This document shows, one piece after another, positions 22,911 to 33,896 of a DNA stretch of 50,993 nt. A program made the translations under genes and the position numbers. Positions within the stretch are counted from its first letter, which is position 1, and each line of letters opens with the position of its first letter. Below the pieces are notes generated by a model that had not been told where the DNA came from, made no database searches, and saw only the letters and a program-made list of their open reading frames with translations. Origin of the DNA: an uncultured Clostridia bacterium (GTDB taxonomy: Bacteria > Bacillota > Clostridia > Christensenellales > Borkfalkiaceae); assembly GCA_905235795.1 (NCBI GenBank), contig CAJOMS010000002.1, positions 1 to 50,993 on the forward strand. The letters run 5' to 3'.

Positions 22911-25106
22911 TTAAGTCAAATTGTTAGGATTTTCTTCAACGTACACGGCAACGTCTTTATCGGAACACGCAATAGCCGTTTTGTAGATCAAATCCTTTAT
23001 TTTATCTTTACCAAAAGAAATTCTCATCAAAACCTGATATCTGAATTTGTTTTGCATACGCTTTATGGGAGATTTCATCTTGTTAAAAAATATGAAATCA
23101 TCTGTAAATTTTTCTTTTATCTCCGTTAAACCGTTAAATACGCTACGCAGTGTATCGACAGCTTTTGCGTCGTCTTCGGATACGACCATCACCCTGATTA
23201 TATCGGCATACGGAGGGAAACCGGTAGCCTTTCTCAGCTTTTCTTCGGCAGTGATGAACCCCTCGTAATCATACCTCATAGCATATTGCAAAACGGGATT
23301 ATCCGGATTAAACGTCTGCAATATTACCTTGCCCTTCTTTTCCGCGCGACCGCTGCGGCCGGCAACTTGGGTAAGCAGCTGAAAAGTACGTTCTCTACTG
23401 CGATAATCCGAAAAATATAAGCTCATATCGGCATCGAGAATACCAACGAGCGTTACGGAAGGAAAATCGTGCCCTTTCGCAATCATCTGCGTACCGACTA
23501 AAATATCGGCCTTATGCGCTGAAAACTCCTTTAAAATCTTAAAATGACCCTCTTTTGTGCGCGTGGTGTCGTTATCCATTCTTAAAATGCGCGCCTGAGG
23601 ATATATTTTCAACAACTCCTGAACGACTCTCTCCGTTCCGGTACCGCCGTAACGTATGTATTTACTTCCGCATTCAGGGCAAGCTTCAAGCATTTTATAC
23701 GTCGCGTTGCAATAATGGCATTTAAGCAAATTTACGTCCATATGATACGTAAGCGACACGTCGCACGCATCACATTTTGCAACGTAACCGCATTCCTGAC
23801 AGATTACGGTCTGCGAATATCCCCTTCTGTTAAGGAAAATAATGGCTTGATTTCCGCTGCGTAAACAATCTTCTATCTCTGAGCGCAACGCAGAAGAAAA
23901 CGGCGAAGAATTGCCTCTCCTCACCTCTTTCCTCATATCCGAAACGATCATTTCAGGCAAGGGCTTTTTATTGATTCTATCGGGCATTTTATATAAATTA
24001 TACACACCGTTCGAGGCGTTTACGTACGACTCTATAGACGGCGTGGCGCTGCCCAGCACCAACTTACAATTATTATATTCCGCGCGGCGGCGAGCTATTT
24101 CCGCAGTGTTATAGCGCGGACTTGTTTCGCTTGAATAACTGCCGTCGTGTTCTTCATCGATTATAATGATACCGACGTTTTCAACGGGAGCAAAAACGGC
24201 GCTCCTCGCCCCTATCGCGATTCTCGCCTCGCCCGAACGCAATCTCCACCATTCATCAAACCTTTCACCTTGAGAAAGTCCGCTGTGCAAAATTGCCGCG
24301 GCGTTGCCGAATCTCGCTCTTAGTTGTGAAAGCATTTGCGGAGTAAGCGATATTTCCGGCACGAGCATTATCGCTGTTTTCCCTTTATCTACGGCGTTTT
24401 TTATGAGGTTTAAATATACCTCTGTCTTTCCGCTACCCGTTACGCCGTGCAGAAGCGTAACCGTTTTATCCGTCAGTTCAACGCTTTCAATGGCGCCTAT
24501 TTGCCTCGGCAAAAGCTCGATTTCTTTGCGTTCGCTTTCAAGCGCAAAATAAGGATTTCTGTTGGAGCGTTCCGTCGATCCCGTTAAAAAACCCTTATTC
24601 AACATCGCGCGAACGGCAGAATTCCCGAATTTTTCATTTAATTCTGACGACGCGCAACGTTGATTTTCCACAAGATAATCGACTATTCCGTTTTGAGCAG
24701 TTGCTCTCGCGGGGATTTTCGCCTTGATCTCCGTAACCGAAAAAGCATTGTTTAACGTGTAAAACGTTTTAGTTTGAGCCTTTACTCTGCCCTTTCTCAT
24801 TTCTGCCGGTAAAAACAGCCTGAGAGCGAGCGCCGTTGGCACGTGGTATCTTTCGGTTATAAATTTTACAAGCTGCAAACACTCTTTGGTGAGAGCAGGC
24901 GTATCTTCGATAACGCTGCATATTTTTTTGATTTTAGATTTGTCGAAATCACACGTTTCTTTTACGCGAATGACTATTCCTTCAATTTTTTTTACACCGA
25001 AAGGGACGATCACTCTACTGCCTTCGTAAACGTCCTCAACGATCTCATATTCAAAAATCCTGTCTACTTCGCTATTCGCAATATCAACGATAACTTCGGC
25101 ATACAT
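22911..25106 (-). CDS. priA: Primosomal protein N' (replication restart helicase PriA)
   Basis: GVTGSGKTEVY, DEEHD, and the Cys-rich zinc region CQECGYVAKCDACDVSLTYH...CHYCN...CPECG. I chose ATG 25106 (MYAEVIVDI). Confidence 0.92.
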   Translation of the reverse strand: MYAEVIVDIANSEVDRIFEYEIVEDVYEGSRVIVPFGVKKIEGIVIRVKETCDFDKSKIKKICSVIEDTPALTKECLQLVKFITERYHVPTALALRLFLPAEMRKGRVKAQTKTFYTLNNAFSVTEIKAKIPARATAQNGIVDYLVENQRCASSELNEKFGNSAVRAMLNKGFLTGSTERSNRNPYFALESERKEIELLPRQIGAIESVELTDKTVTLLHGVTGSGKTEVYLNLIKNAVDKGKTAIMLVPEISLTPQMLSQLRARFGNAAAILHSGLSQGERFDEWWRLRSGEARIAIGARSAVFAPVENVGIIIIDEEHDGSYSSETSPRYNTAEIARRRAEYNNCKLVLGSATPSIESYVNASNGVYNLYKMPDRINKKPLPEMIVSDMRKEVRRGNSSPFSSALRSEIEDCLRSGNQAIIFLNRRGYSQTVICQECGYVAKCDACDVSLTYHMDVNLLKCHYCNATYKMLEACPECGSKYIRYGGTGTERVVQELLKIYPQARILRMDNDTTRTKEGHFKILKEFSAHKADILVGTQMIAKGHDFPSVTLVGILDADMSLYFSDYRSRERTFQLLTQVAGRSGRAEKKGKVILQTFNPDNPVLQYAMRYDYEGFITAEEKLRKATGFPPYADIIRVMVVSEDDAKAVDTLRSVFNGLTEIKEKFTDDFIFFNKMKSPIKRMQNKFRYQVLMRISFGKDKIKDLIYKTAIACSDKDVAVYVEENPNNLT

Positions 25107-25182
25107 AATCAAAAAAACAAAACAGGCCAAGAGAAAAAATCAATCGGCCCGAATGTAATAAACCAAAATATGGATTGTGATA

Positions 25183-25386
25183 TCAATATTTTGCCACGCT
25201 TACTTTTCCGTCCAAAATTTCGTATGCGGCAGCGGTAATGGGCTTATACGGCCCGGGAATCTCCGTCAACCCTCTATTCTGCGCGTCGTCTATAAGTTGC
25301 CTTGCTCTTTTTGCGGCGACGATGCACAAAGCGTAACGAGAGCCGGTTTTTTCCACAAGTTTATCTACCGGTGGTTCTTGTATCAT
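25183..25386 (-). CDS. rpoZ: DNA-directed RNA polymerase subunit omega
   Basis: 67 aa. SRYALCIVAAKRARQL is the RpoZ signature. Confidence 0.9.
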   Translation of the reverse strand: MIQEPPVDKLVEKTGSRYALCIVAAKRARQLIDDAQNRGLTEIPGPYKPITAAAYEILDGKVSVAKY

Positions 25387-25399
25387 AATTAAAGACCTC

Positions 25400-26269
25400 C
25401 TATTCCAGATTTTGAATTTGTTCTCTTATTTTTTCTATTTCACATTTCAGTTCCAACCCCAAAGAAGTTATGGACACGTCGTTCGCTTTAGAACAAACGG
25501 TATTAGCTTCTCTGTTGAATTCCTGAACCAAAAAATCAAGTTTTCTGCCTGCGCCGGGACCTTCGCATATCTTTTTGAATTGTGAAATGTGCGAATAAAG
25601 CCGAGCTATTTCTTCGTCAATATTGCTCTTATCGGCAAAAAAAGCGACCTCGTTTAAAAGGCGAGTCTCGTCAATAGGCGTTTCGGCAAGATATTCCTGC
25701 ATTCTCTCCCGCAGTTTTTCGCGATACTCTTCCTGTATCTGAGGTGCGCGTTCTTTAATTTTGCCGACTATATTTTCAATTACCGCCAAATGCGATAAAA
25801 TTTCCTCTTTAAGCTTTTCGCCCTCGGCCGCACGCATCACGTTTAAGTTATCGCAAGCGGAAGCCACCAACTCGACTATCAACTCGCTGAAATCATCGCC
25901 GTCGTCGGAATTTTTCGACGAAACCACATCGGGCATACGCATAATCGAAGAAACAGTTACGTCGTTTTCCGCGCCCAAGTCGTCGCTCAATAATTTTGCC
26001 GCCGAATAATAACTGCGAGCAAGCGGAAGATCGACGTTCAGTTGCACTTCTCTTTCGCGATTATCTTGAAAAGTAATGAAAAGATCCACCCTACCCCTGC
26101 CGAGTTTTGACTGAACGGTCTTTCTTATAGCGTCGTCGTACGCGGCAAACGACTTGGGATATTTACTGTTGAGATCCAGAAATCTGTTGTTTACCGATTT
26201 TATTTCAACGGTGATATCCAGACCGTCTTGACTATATACGGCCTTGCCGTATCCTGTCATGCTGTACAT
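25400..26269 (-). CDS. yloC: YicC/YloC family endoribonuclease
   Basis: MYSMTGYGKA...IKSVNNRFLD... and the C-terminal EFNREANTVCSKAND...EIEKIREQIQNLE are YicC N- and C-domain signatures. Confidence 0.88.
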   Translation of the reverse strand: MYSMTGYGKAVYSQDGLDITVEIKSVNNRFLDLNSKYPKSFAAYDDAIRKTVQSKLGRGRVDLFITFQDNREREVQLNVDLPLARSYYSAAKLLSDDLGAENDVTVSSIMRMPDVVSSKNSDDGDDFSELIVELVASACDNLNVMRAAEGEKLKEEILSHLAVIENIVGKIKERAPQIQEEYREKLRERMQEYLAETPIDETRLLNEVAFFADKSNIDEEIARLYSHISQFKKICEGPGAGRKLDFLVQEFNREANTVCSKANDVSITSLGLELKCEIEKIREQIQNLE

Positions 26270-26346
26270 ATTTACCTCTTACAGGTTGAACTTTTATTAA
26301 ATAATAATAACACAATTTACAGAAAATTACAAGTGTTTTATTATAA

Positions 26347-28320
<1,974 letters not shown>

Positions 28321-28336
28321 TTATATTTAAAGCGTT

Positions 28337-30589
28337 TTATATTAATTCCATAGGCGCGTATTGTATGGATAACGACTTTACCCCTACTCCCCTGAAAGCA
28401 ACGTCTGCAATCTTATTGTTGCCGGATCCCTTTACGCTTATAATAACACCCTCGCCGAATTTTACGTGACGAACCCTTCTGCCGACCGTATATTCATCAA
28501 ATTTGTCAGGCGTGACCTGCGTTTTAAGTTTCTGCCCTTCGGCAAATCTCTTTGCTCCTGCGGACGAATAATCCGCCCCTGACGTCCTGCTTATAAACGT
28601 ACTTACGTCTTCATCGCTTTGATATCGGCTGCCTACGGGCTTTCTGTATCCTTCGTCCGTCCTTATCCTGTTTTGCGGAGAAGGCAAGCCAAGCTCTGTG
28701 GCAAGCTCGCCTATAAATCTGGACTTTGTCGTAAACTGCCTTTCTCCAAACAAATATCTGCTTTGTGCGGAAGTCAAGAAAAGTCGATCTTTCGCTCGTG
28801 TAATAGCAACGTACATCAATCTTCTTTCTTCCTCAAGCTCCGATTGATCGTTTGTTGCACGTGAAATGGGAAACACCGTTTCTTCCAGTCCGCTGATGAA
28901 AACGGTGCGAAATTCCAGCCCTTTCACGGAATGGATAGTAGCTAACGTTACGTATTCGCCGGAATCCATCTCGTCGATATCAGAACTAAGCGTTACTGAA
29001 TTAAGAAAATCCGTAAGGGTAACGTTTTCACCGTTCAACTTCACAAACTCCTCAATGGAATTCTGAAGCTCTCCGACGTTTGCCTTTTTCGTGTAGTTTT
29101 CTTCTGAGTCAGTTTCAAATTGCGATAAAAAATTCGTTTTATCAAGCACTTTTTTCAACAGTTCGGTCAAATTGCTCGTCTCGCTGTCTATAATGAGCGA
29201 AACTATCAAATCTTTAAAACCTTTCAGTCGAGCCTTTGTCGTAGAAGAAAGATCCAAGGAATCCGCCTCTAAAATACTATCGTACAGGCACACGCCCCTG
29301 CTTTTTGCATATTCCAGCAAAATATCAACGGTTTTATCGCCTATACCGCGTTTCGGAACGTTTATTATTCGTAAAATCGCATCGTCATCCAACGGATTTA
29401 CGAGTATACGCAAATACGCCATGAGATCCTTTATTTCCTTACGCTCGTAAAATTTAAACCCGCCAAAAACCTTATACGGAATATTGTATTTTAAAAATTC
29501 TTGTTCGAAAGTACGAGAGATTGCATTTATCCTCATCAGTACGGCAAAATCGTTAGGATGGTAACCGCGGGCAATTAAATTTTTTATCTGCACGGCAACG
29601 TACATCGCCTCTTGCGTTTCATCCTGCGCGGAGTAAACCTCTGCACGCGTCCCGTCGTCGTTTTCCGTCCATAAAACTTTTCGATTGCGCATCGTATTAT
29701 TTTTAATTATGGCGTTTGCGAGATTCAAAATACGCTTTGTCGAACGGTAATTCCTCTCTAATTTGTAAACTTTCGCACCCGCAAAATCCTTTTCAAAACC
29801 AAGAATATTTTTAATTTCAGCACCACGCCATCCGTAAATACTCTGGTCGTCGTCACCAACGGCAAAAATATTTCCGTGGTTTTGGGCAAGAAGTTTCACG
29901 ATATCGTATTGAATAGCGTTCGTATCCTGAAATTCGTCAATGTGTATGTAATGAAATTTATCCGAATAATAATTCCTTACCTGTTCGAAATTTTCAAGAA
30001 GGTCCCTCGTTTTCAAAAGCAGGTCGTCAAAATCCAAAGCGTTGGACGCCTTCATTAACTTGTTATATCTTTCGTAAAAATCGCAATATTTATCAATATC
30101 GTGCTGGTCGGCAAATTCTTCTCTATAACTTTTAGGTGCAAGCCCCAAAGTTTTTGCATTAGATATATGCCATTTTGCATTCTTCAAAAATTTATCGTCT
30201 TCGCACTCGATTTCGGCAGCTATACGCTTTAATACCCTCTCCTTATCCACGTCGCTGTAAATTGTAAAATTTTTATCGTAACCTAAAAATGCTATATTTT
30301 GGCGAAGAATTTTCGTGCACATGCTGTGAATGGTCGAAACCCACATACCTTCAGCATAACCCGTCATATTCTCAATGCGCTCTTTCATCTCGTCTGCGGC
30401 TTTGTTCGTAAAGGTTATAGCCAAAATATTAGAAGGATTTACACCCTTTTCTCCGACGAGATACGCGATTCTGCTTGTCAGAACTCTGGTCTTTCCGCTA
30501 CCGGCACCGGCAATAACAAGCACTGCTCCTTCCGTATCGATAACAGGTTTAATTTGTTCTTCATTCAATTTCTCAAGTACGTCATTCAT
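28337..30589 (-). CDS. pcrA: ATP-dependent DNA helicase PcrA (UvrD family)
   Basis: AGAGSGKT, DEFQDTN, YRS, TIHSVKGLEF, VAITRAK. The pcrA-ligA order is conserved. ATG 30589 lies downstream of the predicted promoter. The ORF-track start at 30649 is a TTG inside the -35 box. Confidence 0.93.
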   Translation of the reverse strand: MNDVLEKLNEEQIKPVIDTEGAVLVIAGAGSGKTRVLTSRIAYLVGEKGVNPSNILAITFTNKAADEMKERIENMTGYAEGMWVSTIHSMCTKILRQNIAFLGYDKNFTIYSDVDKERVLKRIAAEIECEDDKFLKNAKWHISNAKTLGLAPKSYREEFADQHDIDKYCDFYERYNKLMKASNALDFDDLLLKTRDLLENFEQVRNYYSDKFHYIHIDEFQDTNAIQYDIVKLLAQNHGNIFAVGDDDQSIYGWRGAEIKNILGFEKDFAGAKVYKLERNYRSTKRILNLANAIIKNNTMRNRKVLWTENDDGTRAEVYSAQDETQEAMYVAVQIKNLIARGYHPNDFAVLMRINAISRTFEQEFLKYNIPYKVFGGFKFYERKEIKDLMAYLRILVNPLDDDAILRIINVPKRGIGDKTVDILLEYAKSRGVCLYDSILEADSLDLSSTTKARLKGFKDLIVSLIIDSETSNLTELLKKVLDKTNFLSQFETDSEENYTKKANVGELQNSIEEFVKLNGENVTLTDFLNSVTLSSDIDEMDSGEYVTLATIHSVKGLEFRTVFISGLEETVFPISRATNDQSELEEERRLMYVAITRAKDRLFLTSAQSRYLFGERQFTTKSRFIGELATELGLPSPQNRIRTDEGYRKPVGSRYQSDEDVSTFISRTSGADYSSAGAKRFAEGQKLKTQVTPDKFDEYTVGRRVRHVKFGEGVIISVKGSGNNKIADVAFRGVGVKSLSIQYAPMELI

Positions 30590-30620
30590 TGTTTTACCCG
30601 ATAAGCGTTTTATCTTAATA

Positions 30621-30649
30621 ATTGTAACACAATTTACCTTTTTTTTCAA
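30621..30649 (-). promoter_or_regulatory. Candidate pcrA promoter with extended -10
   Basis: The minus strand has TTGAAA (30649-30644), a 17-nt spacer, then TACAAT (30626-30621), preceded by TGTGT. Confidence 0.55.
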
Positions 30650-30694
30650 TTATTTAAGGTTAAAATTAAAAGTAAAACGTGAATTACTTTGTTG

Positions 30695-30734
30695 CAAAAA
30701 GCCCGATGCTGAAATTCATATTCAACGTCGGGCA
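30695..30734 (-). terminator. Rho-independent terminator after the 142-aa orphan gene
   Basis: The minus strand has GCCCGACGTTGAA-TATGAAT-TTCAGCATCGGGC (13-bp stem, one mismatch) followed by TTTTTG. Confidence 0.65.
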
Positions 30735-30779
30735 AATCGTTTGCATTTTTATCAAGCAAATAATCGCAGTCTTTTAGTT

Positions 30780-31208
30780 TTATCCGTTAACCTTATTGCT
30801 TTGTAAATAATTGAATTCTTTTTCTTTTCTGTATCTCTCAAGCGCGAGAAGATATCTGTTTGAAAGTTCAAGCATATACCTTTGTTTTTGAGCGTAGTCC
30901 AGTCCGTCATACACGTCGTGATCGACCAACCGACCGATAGCGTCGCTCACCTCGCCGAAAGTATCGAGCAAATTGCAGACTTTTTCATAAAACAACTCGT
31001 CTTCATACTTCTTTCCGTTGACTTCTCGAATGGTTTTATTGATATAATATTCTGCAACTTTTGAAGGATTGCCTCCCCCTGCCTCGGCGAAATCGATTTT
31101 TTCGTTCAACTCTTTATCAAAATCGCTCCAATATCCCGTTTTCATTCTGTGTTTTGCTTCTTTAGCGATGCTTTTAAAAGAATTTTTGTCTGCTTTTTGC
31201 TCTTTCAT
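30780..31208 (-). CDS. Hypothetical helical protein, no recognised family
   Basis: 142-aa ORF that is Lys/Glu-rich with no TM helix or signal peptide. It has coding-like composition but only a weak SD (AAGG). Confidence 0.55.
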   Translation of the reverse strand: MKEQKADKNSFKSIAKEAKHRMKTGYWSDFDKELNEKIDFAEAGGGNPSKVAEYYINKTIREVNGKKYEDELFYEKVCNLLDTFGEVSDAIGRLVDHDVYDGLDYAQKQRYMLELSNRYLLALERYRKEKEFNYLQSNKVNG

Positions 31209-31229
31209 TGCTATACCTTAATTAAAGAA

Positions 31230-31258
31230 AATAAAAAGGCCCGATAAGAAAATCGGGC
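31230..31258 (-). terminator. Rho-independent terminator after rpsU
   Basis: The minus strand has GCCCGAT-TTTCTT-ATCGGGC followed by CTTTTTATTTTC. Confidence 0.8.
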
Positions 31259-31265
31259 GTAAAAA

Positions 31266-31445
31266 TTAACCTTTTGCACTTCTTTTTCTTGCCGCTTCGG
31301 CTTTTTTCTTACGGCGAACAGAAGGTTTTTCGTAATGCTCTTTACGACGAAGATCGCCGATAATTCCATCACGGGAACACTTTCTTTTAAAACGACGCAA
31401 AGCGTTATCCAAAGATTCGTTTTCACCAACTCTGATAGTAGACAT
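31266..31445 (-). CDS. rpsU: 30S ribosomal protein S21
   Basis: [48 protein letters not shown]... is the canonical S21 sequence. A GGAGGG SD precedes ATG 31445. The ORF-track start at 31514 is upstream of the promoter. Confidence 0.94.
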   Translation of the reverse strand: MSTIRVGENESLDNALRRFKRKCSRDGIIGDLRRKEHYEKPSVRRKKKAEAARKRSAKG

Positions 31446-31485
31446 TTTCAACCCTCCTTCGCGCTCAATCGCAAAAACTGATATA

Positions 31486-31514
31486 AGTATAGCAAATCCC
31501 GATAAACTTGTCAA
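31486..31514 (-). promoter_or_regulatory. Sigma-A promoter of rpsU
   Basis: The minus strand has TTGACA (31514-31509), a 17-nt spacer, then TATACT (31491-31486). Confidence 0.7.
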
Positions 31515-31595
31515 ACAAATTTAGCGAAATTTATAGCAATTTTCAATTAAAACCCAAATCAGACAAATTCTTGTAAATTTCGACAAAAAGGAAAA

Positions 31596-31937
31596 TTAAG
31601 CAGGTTGCCAACCCATTTTCTGTCCGGACAAAATATGAATATGCAGATGGAAAACGGATTGACCGGCATCGTCGCCTTGGTTTATAACAAGCCTGTAACC
31701 ATTTTGCAACTCGAGAAGATCGGTAAGTTCGGAAATTTTCTTTAAACACTTACCTATAATTTCAACTTGCTCGGGCGTTGCGTCCGCAATGAGCTTGAAA
31801 TGCTGCTTTGGTATTGCAAGAAAATGATTTTTGGCCTGAGGATTTATATCTCTTATTATAATCATATTTTCATCCTCGTAAAGTTTTTTCGTCTCCAATT
31901 CTCCGGAAACAAATTTACAAAATAGACAATCGCACAT
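31596..31937 (-). CDS. HIT-family (histidine triad) nucleotide hydrolase
   Basis: CLFCKF... N-terminus and the histidine triad HLHIHIL. Confidence 0.9.
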   Translation of the reverse strand: MCDCLFCKFVSGELETKKLYEDENMIIIRDINPQAKNHFLAIPKQHFKLIADATPEQVEIIGKCLKKISELTDLLELQNGYRLVINQGDDAGQSVFHLHIHILSGQKMGWQPA

Positions 31938-31939
31938 AT

Positions 31940-33184
31940 TTACTCCTCCTTTAAGACTTCGGCGAGTACGCCGTCGTTATATATTTGTTTAAGTCTTACC
32001 TTTTGTTTTTTATTAAGGTCTATATTTTTATCGGTATATACCCTGATATAATTGCCCGTGTACCCGGTTACATAACCGTCCGCATATTCTTCGGGTATCA
32101 CCTCTTGAACAGTTCCTAAGTTTTTATTTATATAATTTTTTCGGCACTCAGCCTTTAACTCGAGCAACTTGTCAAGCCTTTCCTTCTTTATTTTCCCGGG
32201 AAGATCTTTAAATTTTGCGGCGACCGTTCCACTTCTTTTAGAGTATGCAAAACAGTGAATATCGGCAAATTCAACCTTTTCAACAAGTGAAACCGTTTCG
32301 TTAAAATCGCTTATATTTTCCGAGAAAAAACCAGCGATTATGTCTGTCGTAATAGCACAATCGGGATAAAAACGACGAATTAACACAACCTTTTCCATAT
32401 ATTCTTCAGCCGTGTATTTACGATTCATAGACTTGAGAACGGAATTTGATCCGGACTGAAGGGAAAGGTGAAAATGCGGAGCAAAATCTTTAAGTTGCGT
32501 GGTAGCATCTAAAAACTTTTCATCAATAACGCCTACCTCCAACGAACCCAGTCTGACTCGCATATCGTAATCTTTGATTGCAAGCAACAAGTCCGCAAGC
32601 CTTGCCCCGTTATAATTGTAATCGGAAAGATTTATACCTGTAATGACCGCCTCGACCGGATTGAGCTTTTCTATCTCAGCCTTTATCCCCTCGATACTTC
32701 GAGAACGCGATCTTCCGCGCAAATACGGAACGATGCAATAAGAACAGAAATTATTACAGCCGTCCTGAACCTTTACGTAAGAACGAGTCCTCTCGCCGTT
32801 TGCTGAGAAAAATCCCTCTGAATACAGATCTTCTTTTTCAATAAAAATTCCTGAATTATTGATTAAATCAAAAATTTTATCCTTACTTTTTGCCCCTGTA
32901 ACCAAATAAACGTTTTCCTTATCAAAAAAATCGTTAGGGGAATGTTCCGATGCACAACCGGTTATTATTATTTTAGCATGGCTGTTAAATTTTTCCACGC
33001 GAGCGACCGCTTGACGGGATTTCTTTTCCGCCTCAGCCGTAACAGCGCACGTATTTATTATATAAAGATCTGCAGGTGAAAGCTGATCCGTCACCTCGTA
33101 CCCGAGGTTTCTCAACCCCTCCATAAGCGAGGCACTTTCACACTGATTGACTTTGCATCCCAACGTAAAAACAACGGCTTTCAT
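31940..33184 (-). CDS. mtaB: tRNA (t6A37) methylthiotransferase MtaB (radical SAM, YqeV-like)
   Basis: UPF0004 N-domain (TLGCKVNQ), radical-SAM CNNFCSYC and a TRAM-like C-terminus. The position after prmA-rsmE matches B. subtilis yqeV. Confidence 0.85.
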   Translation of the reverse strand: MKAVVFTLGCKVNQCESASLMEGLRNLGYEVTDQLSPADLYIINTCAVTAEAEKKSRQAVARVEKFNSHAKIIITGCASEHSPNDFFDKENVYLVTGAKSKDKIFDLINNSGIFIEKEDLYSEGFFSANGERTRSYVKVQDGCNNFCSYCIVPYLRGRSRSRSIEGIKAEIEKLNPVEAVITGINLSDYNYNGARLADLLLAIKDYDMRVRLGSLEVGVIDEKFLDATTQLKDFAPHFHLSLQSGSNSVLKSMNRKYTAEEYMEKVVLIRRFYPDCAITTDIIAGFFSENISDFNETVSLVEKVEFADIHCFAYSKRSGTVAAKFKDLPGKIKKERLDKLLELKAECRKNYINKNLGTVQEVIPEEYADGYVTGYTGNYIRVYTDKNIDLNKKQKVRLKQIYNDGVLAEVLKEE

Positions 33185-33896
33185 TCAAGTTCACCTAAAG
33201 AATACATAACGATAGAAATAGCGCTGACTGCCGCAGTATCGGCGCGCAGGATACGTTTTCCCAAAGAAATGATTTTATAGTCATATTCGATTGCTTGACC
33301 CACCTCTTTTTCGGAAAAGCCGCCCTCACTACCTATTACGATCGAGCAATCCTCTTTTATTTCGTTAATATGTGTGACATAATTGTAATATTTTCATAGA
33401 ATAATAAACAGTTTTTGCGATTTTTGCCAAACTCTAATGCAGATGTAAAATCCGGACAATAAACTACTTTTGGAGCAATGCTACGGCCACATTGTTTTGC
33501 AGCTTCAACACTCACTTTATTGAGCCTGCTAAGTTTATTTTCATTCATATAGGCACTTGAATACTCCGATAAAAAAACTGCTATTTCATGTACGCCAAGT
33601 TCCACAGCCTTTTGAACGACGTATTCGGTTTTATCCCCTTTTAAATATCCGCATACAAGCGAAACTTCCGTTTTGCTTTCGGTATCATTATAAATTTTAT
33701 CCTTAACCCGCGCAACAAAACTTTTTTTTCGTATTTCCGTTATTTCAGAAATATAGTCGTAACCGCTGTTGTCGCATAGTATGATATCATCCCCGACGGA
33801 AAATCTCAGAGTATTTACGGCATGCGAATACTCATCGCCTGTAACTTCTGTAAAATCGCTTATGCTATCTACAAAAAAACGCCGCAATCCGCTCAT
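33181..33896 (-). pseudogene. rsmE: 16S rRNA (uracil1498-N3)-methyltransferase RsmE, interrupted by a 1-nt frameshift
   Basis: The N-terminal 179-aa frame (33357..33896) ends in ...CLLFYENITIMSHILTK*. The conserved C-terminus KYYNYVTHINEIKEDCSIVIGSEGGFSEKEVGQAIEYDYKIISLGKRILRADTAAVSAISIVMYSLGELE* is in another frame down to 33181, overlapping the mtaB start as ATGA. The frames rejoin if the A4 run (plus-strand T4 at 33391-33394) is read as A5. Confidence 0.8.

Noticed and set aside
26308-26320. 13-mer TAACACAATTTAC shared with 30625..30637 (upstream of yloC and of pcrA)
   Set aside because: In both cases it coincides with the spacer and extended -10 (TGTGTTA) of a predicted promoter. It is short and AT-rich, so it is probably promoter convergence rather than a distinct element.
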